A program made the translations under genes and the position numbers. A DNA stretch of 64,000 bases, from NCBI GenBank assembly GCA_964106915.2, contig OZ066918.1. The stretch is one strand, 5' to 3'. This document shows positions 13,237-24,679 of the stretch, in pieces. Position 1 is the stretch's first letter. Every line of letters starts with the position of its first letter. This DNA comes from Podarcis gaigeae (Eukaryota). The notes below the pieces were generated by a model that was not told the DNA's origin, ran no database searches, and worked only from the letters and a program-made list of their open reading frames with translations.

Positions 13237-13677
13237 TACTACTGCTGGTGCCCTGAACAGCAAGTAAAGAAAGGGCAGCGATGTATGTTGTGTGGTGTAT
13301 AATGTGATGGGGGAGAATTCCAAGTAGACACCACTCGAGGTCCTGTACAGAGAAGCACCGGAGTGCAATCACAGCAGTTGCTAGCTTCACAGTTATTTAT
13401 ACTGCTGAAGTGTTTCGCAGGCATCAGCAAACCAAGTCACAAGTTGTAACTCTTCTATATTATCTCCACACCACAGATAGGGAAACTATTAAACCTCGAG
13501 CAATTACATCAGATGTACTTCAAGTCAGGGGTAGAGCTCCTGGCTGCTCTTTTTTCTTTCTTTTTTTAACCCCACAATTTGCTTGCTAGTTTCTTACGCT
13601 TTGGGGGAGAGGGCCATTCTCTTTGCATTGTGGCTGCTTTGTGTTGACACCTCTAATGGAATCCATTTAAAACGTAG

Positions 13678-13807
13678 GGATTTTAAGGACGTCGAAGCCG
13701 CTTTGAATGCCATGAAGAACGTAGCACGACTCATCAACGAGAGGAAGAGGCGTTTGGAAAACATAGACAAAATTGCTCAGTGGCAAAGTTCAATAGAGGA
13801 CTGGGAG
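13678..13807 (+). CDS. ARHGEF4: ARHGEF4 coding exon, end of DH domain
   Basis: cgtag| (R)[43 protein letters not shown] |gtaaa; 130 nt, restores phase 0. Confidence 0.95.
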
Positions 13808-14389
13808 GTAAAGAAATGTTCTTATGGCTTCTCCACTGGGGAAGATTATTCTTCATTACAAACATGCACAAAAACCACAAGGCTGCACTGAGAATCTGCC
13901 TCCTGAGTATCTTGCCCATTTACCTTGACTTGGTCAAGGCTTCAGATCCCCATGTGCCAGGAAGGCGTCCTCGTGCAACACATCCACCTGTCCCTTTTAT
14001 CGATCCCATTATCTCTTGTTCCAGAGCAGTGGATTATCAGATCAAGTCATAAGCTAGCCAGATGAATTTTAATATCTTCCTAGATTTAATTTCTCACACT
14101 TGCTAATTATGGAAGTTAGAATAAACATTTTTATTAGCCAAACTGTTTGCAAGCATTCTTAGACTGGTGGAACTTGATATTCACTGCCGACGAAACTCTT
14201 AAGTTGCAAACTTGGGCTCTCATACCAGGAATAAGTTCTATTATAGTCAATTAAGGTCACGGTGCAAAAACTTTCTCATGAAATGGTGAATACTTCAAAA
14301 TGTGTTAAGAGTAAAGAGCCTATGCAGCATTCTTTTGAAATGTACTTGGTGAAAATAGTCTTTGTTCCTGTTAATACTGTTCTGCAGAT

Positions 14390-14727
14390 CAGGAGTGGAG
14401 AACCTCAGTGGCCGAATGTGGCCCTTTGGTTCTCTCTTTCTGTGACCCTAGGCCACACACCCTCACTAGTCCCGGTCCATGCCTTTCTGGAGGGCTTTTG
14501 CTTGGGTGAAATGTGTCCTCAAACTGTGATAAAGGCCACTTGATTCCTTGATGAAGAATGGATAGAAACCTTTGACTTCCGCATGCCTGGAATGTAGAAA
14601 ATTTGCAGAAGAGTGACTTTATTGCTCTGCTCACTCTTGCCTCCGGCCCCACCTACCACTTGCATGTGGCCCTCAGAAAGTTTTTCATGAATGTGGCCCT
14701 CTGGATAAATATGTTTTCCTACCTCTT
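14390..14727. mobile_element. Degenerate hAT-like element
   Basis: caggagtggagaacct left end; repeated atgtggccct subterminal motif; decayed right end. Confidence 0.45.
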
Positions 14728-14852
14728 ATTTAGGTCCACAAGCAAATGGTGGATGTCAAAGAGGCCATCTTCTCTTAGGTCAGCCACACTTCAGCCATAA
14801 TCCAACACAGAATGAAATGCATTTTAAAGCATGAATGCCAATAGGCTTAAGA

Positions 14853-15084
14853 TTTTTGCCTCATAAATCTTGGTTTTCCCCTGCCTGAACCTCCTTGCTG
14901 CCCATGGAGGGTAGCAAGGAGCAAGCACCACTGGCTCGTGATGTGACTGGAAACCTCCAAAGTTAAGCGTGATGTTTTGAGGTTTCTGGTCACATCAGGA
15001 TTCAATGGTGCTTGCTCCTTGCTACCCTCCATGGGCAGCGAGGAGGTTCAGGCGGGGGGAAACCAAGATTTATGAGGCAAAAAA
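14853..15084. repeat. Long inverted repeat (fold-back), ~105-bp arms
   Basis: tttttgcctcataaatcttggttt...gaaacctc / gaggtttc...aaaccaagatttatgaggcaaaaa; about 9 differences; ~20-nt loop. Confidence 0.92.
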
Positions 15085-15663
15085 CCTGGCAACGTTCCCC
15101 AGTGGGTTCTGGGGAGCTCACTGCATTCCGCTGTGCCGCACAAGCCATGTCTGCCAACAACAATGTATTTGAAGGACCACACCGTGAAACAGATTGTTTA
15201 TTTACAAGATGTAACGGAGGTGCTGCTTGTAAGACGAAAAAAAAGGCCAGCTGGAAGAACAATTTAACAGCAAGTGAAGGATGTCAACTGGACTCTAAAT
15301 AAGATGCAGCTAAATAATGATACAGCTATGTGGGTGATCATATGTTTGTATTAAATTAAATGAATTTGGATTGATTTGTAATAATTTGGGAAATTAATAA
15401 AAATAATTTGAAAAAGTAAAAAAAAGAACACCTAACTTTCTTGCGTTTGGCCTACTGGCAACAACCACTTTTATGTGTGTGTTTTGAGCTTTAATAGGGA
15501 AATATCTGGGAGTGCAAGGCTAGGAAGCTGTTTTTTTTTTTAAAAAAAAACAGCAACACTGTCCTGTTTGGCCCCAGAGTATCTCCACAATAGGCTGCTA
15601 TATATTACTTCTCAGCTTCTTTTGAGAAAGAAAATGACATGTCTCTTGTGTTGTGAGTGACAG

Positions 15664-15795
15664 GGTGAAGATGTCCTTGTGAAGAGTTCTGAACTTATCT
15701 ACTCTGGGGAATTAACCAAAATTTCCCAGCCTCAAGCAAAGAGCCATCAAAGGATGTTCTTCCTCTTTGATCATCAGCTTGTCTGCTGCAAGAAG
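15664..15795 (+). CDS. ARHGEF4: ARHGEF4 coding exon, PH domain N-terminal part
   Basis: gacag| [44 protein letters not shown] |gtaag; 132 nt. Confidence 0.95.
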
Positions 15796-18420
15796 GTAAG
15801 CTAAGCAAGCGGTGTCCACTTCTGCCTCGGCCAGTTAACACTCTCCACCGATAGTGGAATTCCCCACTGCTTTTCATTCTTTTGCACTCAAGCATTGCAT
15901 TAAAGAACATCCCAGTGTGTCAGGGTGATAGCATTAATCTAAACGTCACTATTCATATCAATCAAGGAAAGGGTTTCCTACTGCAGACTTGCCTTCCCTG
16001 CCATCGTTTCTTCCATGCTAGTCTGCTGTGAATTTCTCTACCAACAGTTAATGAAAGAGTCTTGCTGTGGACTGCTCTCCTGCGGCACTGAAGGAGAGTG
16101 AGGCATTTAGCTTTTGCAAGATTAAAAGACGGCAGCTGAAAATGCTATCAAATTAAATTCATCAGAAAGTGCCACCCACGTTCTTTCTAAGCATCGGGGC
16201 AATTTCTATGGTTGTATTGAATAGATAAGAGTCTAACAATGTTTCCACCTGTGTATATAAACGCTCATGTTATTCATTAAGATGCATGCCTGAGTAGAAA
16301 TCTTACAAAGCCAAGCCCAGAAGGTGGGATGAGGAAAAGGTCACATCCTCCTTGGAGGCTTCCGATGGGTATTTGCCTGGGCACTGTGAAAACAGAATAT
16401 TGGACTAGATAGGCCTTTGGTCAGACTCAGCAGGACTCTTACGTTCTCGTTCCTTCACTAATAGGAGGCATCATAAGCCTTGCAACAGCAGTGATGGGTT
16501 TTATCCTATCTGTGTCTTCTATTATTATGATTATACTAAGTCTTTGATATGACTACAATTAATAGGATGGTGCAGTTACAATATTCACATCGGTGTCTGT
16601 GCATCACGTAAGATGCAGTCCCCTGGTTAGGGGTAAATATGTTGAAGAATCTGCCCATTTGTTCATAGAACATGCACTCTGGCTGCAAGATCACCAAAAG
16701 GATATATATCTTAGGGGGAACATTTCAACAGATGCAAGTGTATACACCACATCTTACTAGTTGCCATGGAAATTTTGAATGCTGAAAAAATACTTAAAGA
16801 GCAAAGAGCCCGTACCGTATGTGGCCTTGAGAGAGCTGGTAGCTTCTCTTGATACATTCCACATGGATTCATTGAACCGAATAAACATTTTTCAGAACTG
16901 CACAATATTCTTGCAGGGTATGAAACATTCTGCAGCACATCTGAATAATTTATTTGTGTGGCTATAGCAAAGTACCTAACATCAGTCTATCTCTGTAAGA
17001 AGGACATGTAATGGGAGAACAGCCCCCTAACTTTTCAGATTGTCTGTTTTATCTGCCATACTGCCACACAAAATGGTACTGACTTCCTATATAAACCTTA
17101 TGATGTAAACTGATGATATTGTAGGTAGGTTGTGGAGTGACATTTGTGAGCATCTGGTTTGGGTAAGGGCTCCAGAAATCATGTCAGGGGTTAGGTTTGA
17201 ATAATCATTTTCACATAAAATTATGTACCTTGGGAGGTGAACAAAAGGCTTTATTTAAAAAGGGTTCTGATTGGGGAGAAGACCCCCCCTAAACTTTAAC
17301 CCTATTTCCATGTAAATTAGTATTGGTTTCAGTTATGCATCTTACAATGTAAACAAAAGGTGTCTGAAATAGGGTACTTTGGGGTGTCTGATTTGGGTAA
17401 GCCCCACTAAAATTGTTCCAGGTTTTATGTTTTAGCTGTCAGAACACATTTCTGCACAAAATGGCACAGGACCATTTCCAACCATGTGTGTTATAATGTA
17501 ATCAAGAGGTACTTTGAGTTTCTTGAAGGATGATGCCCTACAGCCTAAAGGTCCCTAGGCTGTTCAATGAGACTTTAATTTCTTGAGTATACATACAAAA
17601 GCCCACCTCTTGCCATGCTTGGGAGAATGGAAATACACAGTGGGCTTTTGATCTTAAGTACAATCACTCAGTAAGTTAGTAACCTAAAAATCATGTGTAT
17701 TATTTGTACAACCAGAAGAAATTCTTGTGCAAATATTATATTCCATTTAATGAGTGCAAACCTACCATACATTCTCCAAGCAATTAAAAACTACCAAGAC
17801 TTCCTAGGGCAGACTCACAACTTTCCTTGTTGTATTAGCAGTGACATTAGAAACCCTTACTCAGTTTTGTTATAATAGACTGGACAGTAGCAGCTGATTT
17901 TTACACTCCTCTATCTTATTTAGTAATGTGCCAGGGAAGATTCAGGTGTAGGTTTGCTTTTCGGTTGCATTTGGTGACTTTTGTGAGTTCCCCAACCCTG
18001 TGTTGGAATACACCTCTTTGAATTGCTGTTCCCACAAACAAAGGGAGGGAAACTTAATATAAATCCTGAAAATATAGATGAACTTCCATGCTGGAAAAAT
18101 AACTACAATGGCTACATTGTACCTCCACTTTCTGAAGCAGAATATGCCTCTCTTAATGCTAGTTGCTGGAAATCGTATCTGAGGAGAGGGCTGTTGGGCT
18201 CAAATCCTGCCTTAGGGCTTCTAATGGGCAACTTGTTGGCCACTGTGAGAAACCAGTTGTTAGGCTAGCTGGGTCATTGGCCTGATTGGCTTTTCTGATG
18301 TTCTGACATATATATTATTTTGCACATGGTAGCCCATGTATATTTTTGTCTTGAGTATTTGTGCATCAGGAGACCCTGAGGAGAAGCCAGAGTGGTACAT
18401 GACTATATTTTTCCTCTTAG

Positions 18421-18664
18421 GATCTCCTGCGACGTGACATCCTGTACTATAAGAGTCGAATTGGCATGGACAACATGGAGATTCTGGATGTGGAAGATGG
18501 GAAAGACAAGGACTTCAACGTCACCATTAAAAACGCATTCAAGTTGCACTGCAGGGACACTGAGGAAGTCCACTTATTCTGCGCAAAAAAGCCAGAGCAG
18601 AAGCAGCGTTGGCTCAAGGCCTTTGAGAACGAAAGGAAGCAGGTGCAGCTTGACCAGGAAACCG
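18421..18664 (+). CDS. ARHGEF4: ARHGEF4 coding exon, PH domain C-terminal part
   Basis: cttag| [34 protein letters not shown]...[21 protein letters not shown](G) |gtatg; 244 nt. Confidence 0.95.
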
Positions 18665-19151
18665 GTATGCAACAGTAGCTGGGGTTGCTACTTAAGGCAT
18701 TGTGCAGCCATTAAGCAGAGAAAACCCTTTCCCTAGAAGATTCTCACCTGCCCCACCTGAGCTGCATGTCAAACTTTTGAAATACTCTAATTTCCCTACG
18801 GATGTAACAAACGAAACATTGCCTAGGGTCCTATGTAACCTTTCTGTCTGATGGATGCACTGGTCTACTAGCGCCAAAGCATCTCCTGAGTCAGGGGTGG
18901 GGAGCCCTTTTCAGCCCAAGGGCTTCCTTCCCCCTTAGAGAAACTTCCAGTGGTGGGTGGGGCCAAAGGGAAAAGTGGCCAGAGCAGCGGGGCTGATTTC
19001 CAAGTCATTGTGCGCAGAATCAAGCTGCTAGTGTAATTTTTGCTTCTTGGGATTTTGAACCAAGGGGGGCCCCTTGGTTGCTGTGCGTGTGTTTCTATGA
19101 CGCACCTTGCAAAGGCACAGCTGAGCTAATGAGTTTTGTTTCATCTTCTAG

Positions 19152-19229
19152 GTTTTTCCATTACTGAGGTGCAGAGGAAACAAGCCATGCTTAATGCCAG
19201 CAAACTGAACCAGAGTGGAAAACCAAAAG
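19152..19229 (+). CDS. ARHGEF4: ARHGEF4 penultimate coding exon (GC donor)
   Basis: tctag| (G)FSITEVQRKQAMLNASKLNQSGKPK(V) |gcaagt; 78 nt; this GC donor keeps the frame into the last exon. Confidence 0.88.
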
Positions 19230-19940
19230 GCAAGTCAGGATAGTTATCCTTCTCTTTTATCTCTCCCTCCAACAGGGGAATTATCCCAAGTTCTAGTATT
19301 AGGAGGGGAGACACTTTTTCTCTTTTCACACCATGCATTTCAGAGCACCCTGAACACGCTGAGCTGCCTTCAGCCCTGCCAAGGAGATCCAGGATACAGG
19401 GCAATATACAAGAACCTGCTCTTGGAAGCTAGTTTTATTCACTTGGGAGCATCTACCCAAAAGCAAAGTACCTACTTCAGAGGTAGAATTGTCCTCAGAA
19501 CAGCAGGGGAAGGCAGGATTCCCCCCCCTAAAAAAAGTCCCCCACTTGCTGCAATTCCATAATAATCAGGCCTTCCAGGTTTGCTTTTTAAAGAAACCTG
19601 CATGTTAAATGCAAAATTTAATGTGATGTCTAGCCACATTTCAAGATAAAAATATTACTAGTGGCTCATGTGTTCAGAAATGATAGTTGTGCTGCAGATG
19701 GCTTGAGCATGAGGACCCTTTTATCAGCTTTTTCTCCTCCCCCACAAAGTGTCATGAGATCAGGTAGAAGATGGACATAAGAGATAAGAAGGTCCTATTG
19801 GATGCTTCTGCTAAAAGGCAGCGTTGAGTTGTTTTGAAGAATTATTCTATTAAATTTAGATCATGCTGGGCATCACGAGCAAGAATGCGTTAAATCTGTG
19901 TCAATGTAACCTTTTATCCTCTTGCTCATGTTGTTAACAG

Positions 19941-20098
19941 TGGTCACCCGGACATATTACGATTTCTTGATGCGCCAGAAGCACCCCACATTGCCGACGA
20001 ACCTCCCTCAGCAGCAAGTTTTTATGCTGGCGGAGCCCAAGCGCAAGCCTTCGAATTTCTGGCAGAACATCAGCAGGCTGGCACCGTTTCGAAAATGA
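19941..20098 (+). CDS. ARHGEF4: ARHGEF4 last coding exon to stop
   Basis: aacag| (V)[51 protein letters not shown]; C terminus resembles human ...[10 protein letters not shown]; TGA at 20096-20098. Confidence 0.95.
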
Positions 20099-21810
20099 GG
20101 GAAAGCAGCCTGATCTTGTGCCTGAATACCTTCTGAGAAAGCACTTTATGCATCAGTCCTGCAAAACAAAGCACTCGCTCCCCCTCCTGGCTTTCAGAGG
20201 GATAGCATCTTCCCTTTACTCCCTTATTTCTTTTGCCAGACTGAATGAGCTCATAAGTGTTACAACATGGACCATTTTTGTTGTTGTGTGTACGTACGCG
20301 TGTGTCTGTGAAAGTGAGCTGAGCCTGCCCATCTCTTTTGAATACCCAGGAAGAGAAAGCAAGAGGCTTGAGTTAGAACATAGTTGGAACCTTTCCTGTT
20401 TTCTTTCCTTAAAAAACCCCCACAAAAACCACCCTTATTTTGTCACTTTCCTTTTGGACCATTCCTTCCCTTGGGACCATGATTTGCTTGCAGTTTCAAC
20501 AAGGCCGCCAGACAAAATAGGGGCAAGGGGATGAGCAGTCCCAGTGCCAGCTTTGCATTTGCTCCAAAAAGCTGTTGTTGCTGCTGTTACACACCGTTTT
20601 ATCCTGGGACGACGGACTCCTTTCCCATCACCGTCCTCACCCGTTTCACAGAAATCCTGAAGAATCCCAGCATGGCCAGGGAGCCACCTTCAACCTTCCT
20701 TTGCTGAAAGCAGAACTACTGACCACGAACCAGAACCTGACTGGCCAACCTGAAGCATGACTAACAGCCGAGACCTAGTTGAGTTAATGTACGTTGTGGG
20801 GGAGGGGGAAATGTGCCTAAATTAACTTTAAATTACTTTTATTCTCTACCAACACTTTGCCATAGTTCTTGGCCAATGAATTTTTTTTTCTGTCAGTGTT
20901 TTTAAATGTTTATTTATGGTAAAAGTGCAGATAACTGTATTTTGTAAGAGTTTGTAATCTGTCTTGTCAGATGTTAACTTGATGCCTGTTTTGTCTATTT
21001 CTTTTCCACTAAAGACAAAGGCCAACATTTGTAAGCCTATATTCCTAAAAAAAGATGAGACATGTCTGAAGGTGAATTTCAGATGTACCAGTACCACTTA
21101 CAAGCAAATCAGTATTATCCTTGGGAACTGTGCCACCCACGCAATAGTCTGCAGAGGCGGTGCGGGGATAGGAAGCCTGGGCCACAGAGTCCCAGATTTA
21201 TACAGAAGGGTGTATATATAGACACACTGACACTTGAAAACGGTGGGCAAAAATACCCATGTAATCCTTGACTAGATAAAGAGAGAGAAAGATTTGCCTT
21301 ACTATAGCTAGAAGCCATAACTGACTGAATCCCATCCTTTAGGGATTTCCTGGTACTGTGAACTTCAAAAGAAAACCATGTACTCTGGTATGAGACTACT
21401 GTGAGGGGGTGAGCACTCAGAAGTCTGCCACAGAGATGCAGTGTCCAACTACGGCTACCCAGCCGATAGTTACGCAAATCCAGAAGCATGTACAAATTCA
21501 TTCTTGCACTATATCTTTCCCCTCGTGGGAGGGGCTACATTTAATTTCATAAAGAAACTTGTAAAAGTGATTTCCACTCCGTGTGTGTCTGTTATAGAAT
21601 TATTGGTCCAACAGTCTCGTCCTTTGTGCCTGGTTATTCTTAAGTGAGGAGCGAGCTGCCTAGCAGGCTGGGCTCTATTGCCTTTGTTTCTCCCCAGCTC
21701 CAGCCATGTCGACAGCAAGGATGTGGAATCCATGGTCCTCAAGCTCTTGCTGAATTTTTCAACTCCCATCGTCCTTGATAGGCCACGCTGGCTGTAGTTG
21801 ATAAGAGAGG

Positions 21811-22050
21811 ACTACCACATCCACACCATACACGTAGAGCACTCTCACACCATTGAAAGTCATGCCCCCCCCCCCAAGTGCAAATTCTGGGAACTATTGT
21901 TTAAGGCTGATGAGAACTGTAGCTCTGTGAGGCATCTCCTAACAATACTCAGCACCCTTAATAAACTACAGATCCCAGGATTTTGCAGAGTAATCCTTGA
22001 CTTTTAAAATGATGTGAGAACACTTTACATGTATGGTGTGGCTGTAGCCC
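21811..22050. mobile_element. Palindromic-ended MITE
   Basis: acatccacaccataca ... tgtatggtgtggctgt inverted ends; tctgggaacta / actacagatcccagga internal inversion. Confidence 0.6.
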
Positions 22051-22917
22051 AAGGAATCCAGCAACAGATAGAGGACCTCAGTTTCCCCACCTGGTCTAAA
22101 AGCTGATTCACATTACTTAAGGATTGTAAAATATGCATGTGAGACTGCAGCGTCAAGTGATGACTTGTATGTGGACATAATTTAACTTTTTACATAATTT
22201 CAAACATACCAAGATGGACCCCAAGATTTCAGAGCTTTTGCTGATGCAACGGGGCTTTCACATCTCCTTGCTGTTGCATCCCTTAAAGCAGGCCCTGTGA
22301 ATTGAATGGGATGCGGCAGGGCAGGGGAACTAAGCTAAGCTAACTCATTGCCTTCTGCTCACACAAGCAACCATTAAGACTAAACCCTTTATTTTTCAGT
22401 TTACATAACTGGCTGGAAGTCTTCAACGGATGAGAAATGATATGCATGCATCCTGTTTGAAGCTTTCTTTAGTGCAATTACACTTTGATAGCTCCAGCAC
22501 TCTGGGCTGTAGCATGGGATTTGGAGAGGCTAGATGCCAGTCCTGATATAGCCATCATGTACAAGATGACTCCTAATTTGTTAGTACTTTTCATCTCTTG
22601 AACTGTTTAATGTTGCGGGGAGGTAGCGTGATTTCCAAGCCATTCAATTGACATGAGTGAGGCTAGATTATAAAGCCACCAGGTTTTACAATGAGACTCA
22701 AAAGTGGTGTGCCACAACATGATCAAGAGCTAAGAACGCTTCTGTCAGATGTGTAGACCTGAAAATACCAATTGTATTAACGACACAGTTCAACCTAGCC
22801 AGCTACTAAGCGCAGAAGTATTTGAAGAAAAGTGTAGTAGTCATCAGAGAGAGGAAGTCCAATAGCAAAAGAATAAAAAAGACCAGTCTGGAAGTAATGT
22901 GCCAGAGTTGCCTTTGC

Positions 22918-23621
22918 TTAGAATCTTAGAATCATAGAGTTGGAAGAGACCACAAGGGCCATCGAGTCCAACCCCCTGCCAAGCAGGAAACACCATCAGA
23001 GCACTCCTGACATGGTTGTCAAGTCTCTGCTTAAAGACCTCCAAAGAAGGAGACTCCACCACACTCCTTGGCAGCAAATTCCACTGTCGAACAGCTCTTA
23101 CTGTCAGGGAGTTCTCCCCAATGTTTAGGTGGAATCTTTTTTCTTGTAGTTTGGATCCATTGCTCTGTGTCCGCTTCTCTGGAGCAGCAGAAAACAACCT
23201 TTCTCCCTCCTCTATGTGACATCCTTTTATATATTTGAACATGGCTATCATATCACCCCTTAACCTCCTCTTCTCCAGGCTAAACATGCCCAGCTCCCTT
23301 AGCCGTTCCTCATAAGGCATCGTTTCCAGGCCTTTGACCATTTTGGTTGCCCTCCTCTGGACACGTTCCAGTTTGTCAGTGTTCTTCTTGAACTGTGGTG
23401 CCCAGAACTGGACACAGTACTCCAGGTGAGGTCTGACCAGAGCAGAATACAGTGGCACTATTACTTCCCTTGATCTAGATGATATACTCCTATTGATGCA
23501 GCCCAGAATTGCATTGGCTTTTTTAGCTGCCGCGTCACACTGTTGGCTCATGTCAAGTTTGTGGTCGACCAAGACTCCTAGATCCTTTTCACATGTACTG
23601 CTCTCAAGCCAGGTGTCACCC
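22918..23621 (-). mobile_element. 5'-truncated CR1 LINE (ORF2 C terminus plus 3' tail)
   Basis: [18 protein letters not shown]...[16 protein letters not shown]...[11 protein letters not shown]...LEKRRLRGD...VRQWNLLP; tail ctatgattctaagattctaa. Confidence 0.95.
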
Positions 23622-24679
23622 AACAATGCTTGACCAATGCGAACTATGCAGTCAGGTGGCCAGTGCTGCAAATGAAAGCACTTTTTACTTGTTGCGTAAA
23701 TAGATCTCAGGAATTATCAGTCCCATGGGATAAATTGTATGCTGTAGTGTACAGCAGTACAGATCAAGTACTGGAACAAGGAGCAAGGGATTAGTGCTGA
23801 ACCAAGCCAGAACACCCCACAACTGGGTGGCAAGAACATCCTGCTGCTTTTAACAATGGTAGATGGGTGTGAAGTTAGTAGCCAGCAGAGCCCAGAAAAG
23901 GAATGCAACAACATAGCTTCCATTGTTCCAGGGATGTGGAACATTAAGCCCCCAAGAGTTGATTAAAGTCTATAAAGGATGGATAAAATGGATTAAAAGT
24001 CTAAAGAAAACAGGTGAAACTTGTGGAGTTACTAAGAATTTAATACCAAGAATTAAACATGCCTCTGCATCCATGTGAAACAGCTTTGTGTGGATCTGCC
24101 ACCACCCACTACTGGAATACTGGTCCAGACAAGTGCCCTCCATCCAAAAAACCCCGCCTCACACTTAGCTTGGTGCCTGACATACTTCAGAGTCCTCCTC
24201 ATATCCCATATAAACAGACAAGACTGCCATACTGCTGCTTTCAGAAGCTTCATAGAATAAGCAGAATTCTCATTTTTGGGTTTGTATATATACAGTATAG
24301 GAAATCTAACTTCCATAGAAGAATGTCAGCACAGGGAAAGCTCGTTATAATAATTCTCTGTGAAAGCATGCAGTAATATAGGATCTTTGATACCACCAGC
24401 AAAAGGGGAAAGTGAGCTATACCAACTGAAGGACTGATGCCTATTTAACACTTTTTTCATTTGAGTAAACAAAGCAGCTATTTTGATATGCTCTGGTTGA
24501 TTTGAAGTAGCAAGCTAAGCATACGAAGTTACATTACAGAGCAAGGGCAGGGAACCTGGGGCTCTCTGAATGTGCAGATGCTCCATCATCTCCAGCTAGC
24601 ATAGGCAACTGGAAGGTAAGATGGGAACTTTGAGACCTGTAGTTGTTCCAAGAAAAAAAAAACAAGACTAAAGGACCAC

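Noticed and set aside
14847-15302. Similar peptides on both strands (LLLATLHGQ..GGSG.GKPRFMRQK)
   Set aside because: An artefact of the inverted repeat.
17000-17470. Loose recurring motifs (tttgggtaag, cacaaaatgg)
   Set aside because: Too diverged to define a repeat unit or boundaries by eye; probably an old repeat.
22844-23671. 275-aa ORF as a host gene
   Set aside because: It is the C-terminal part of CR1 ORF2 from a 5'-truncated insertion, lacking the RT core and endonuclease.
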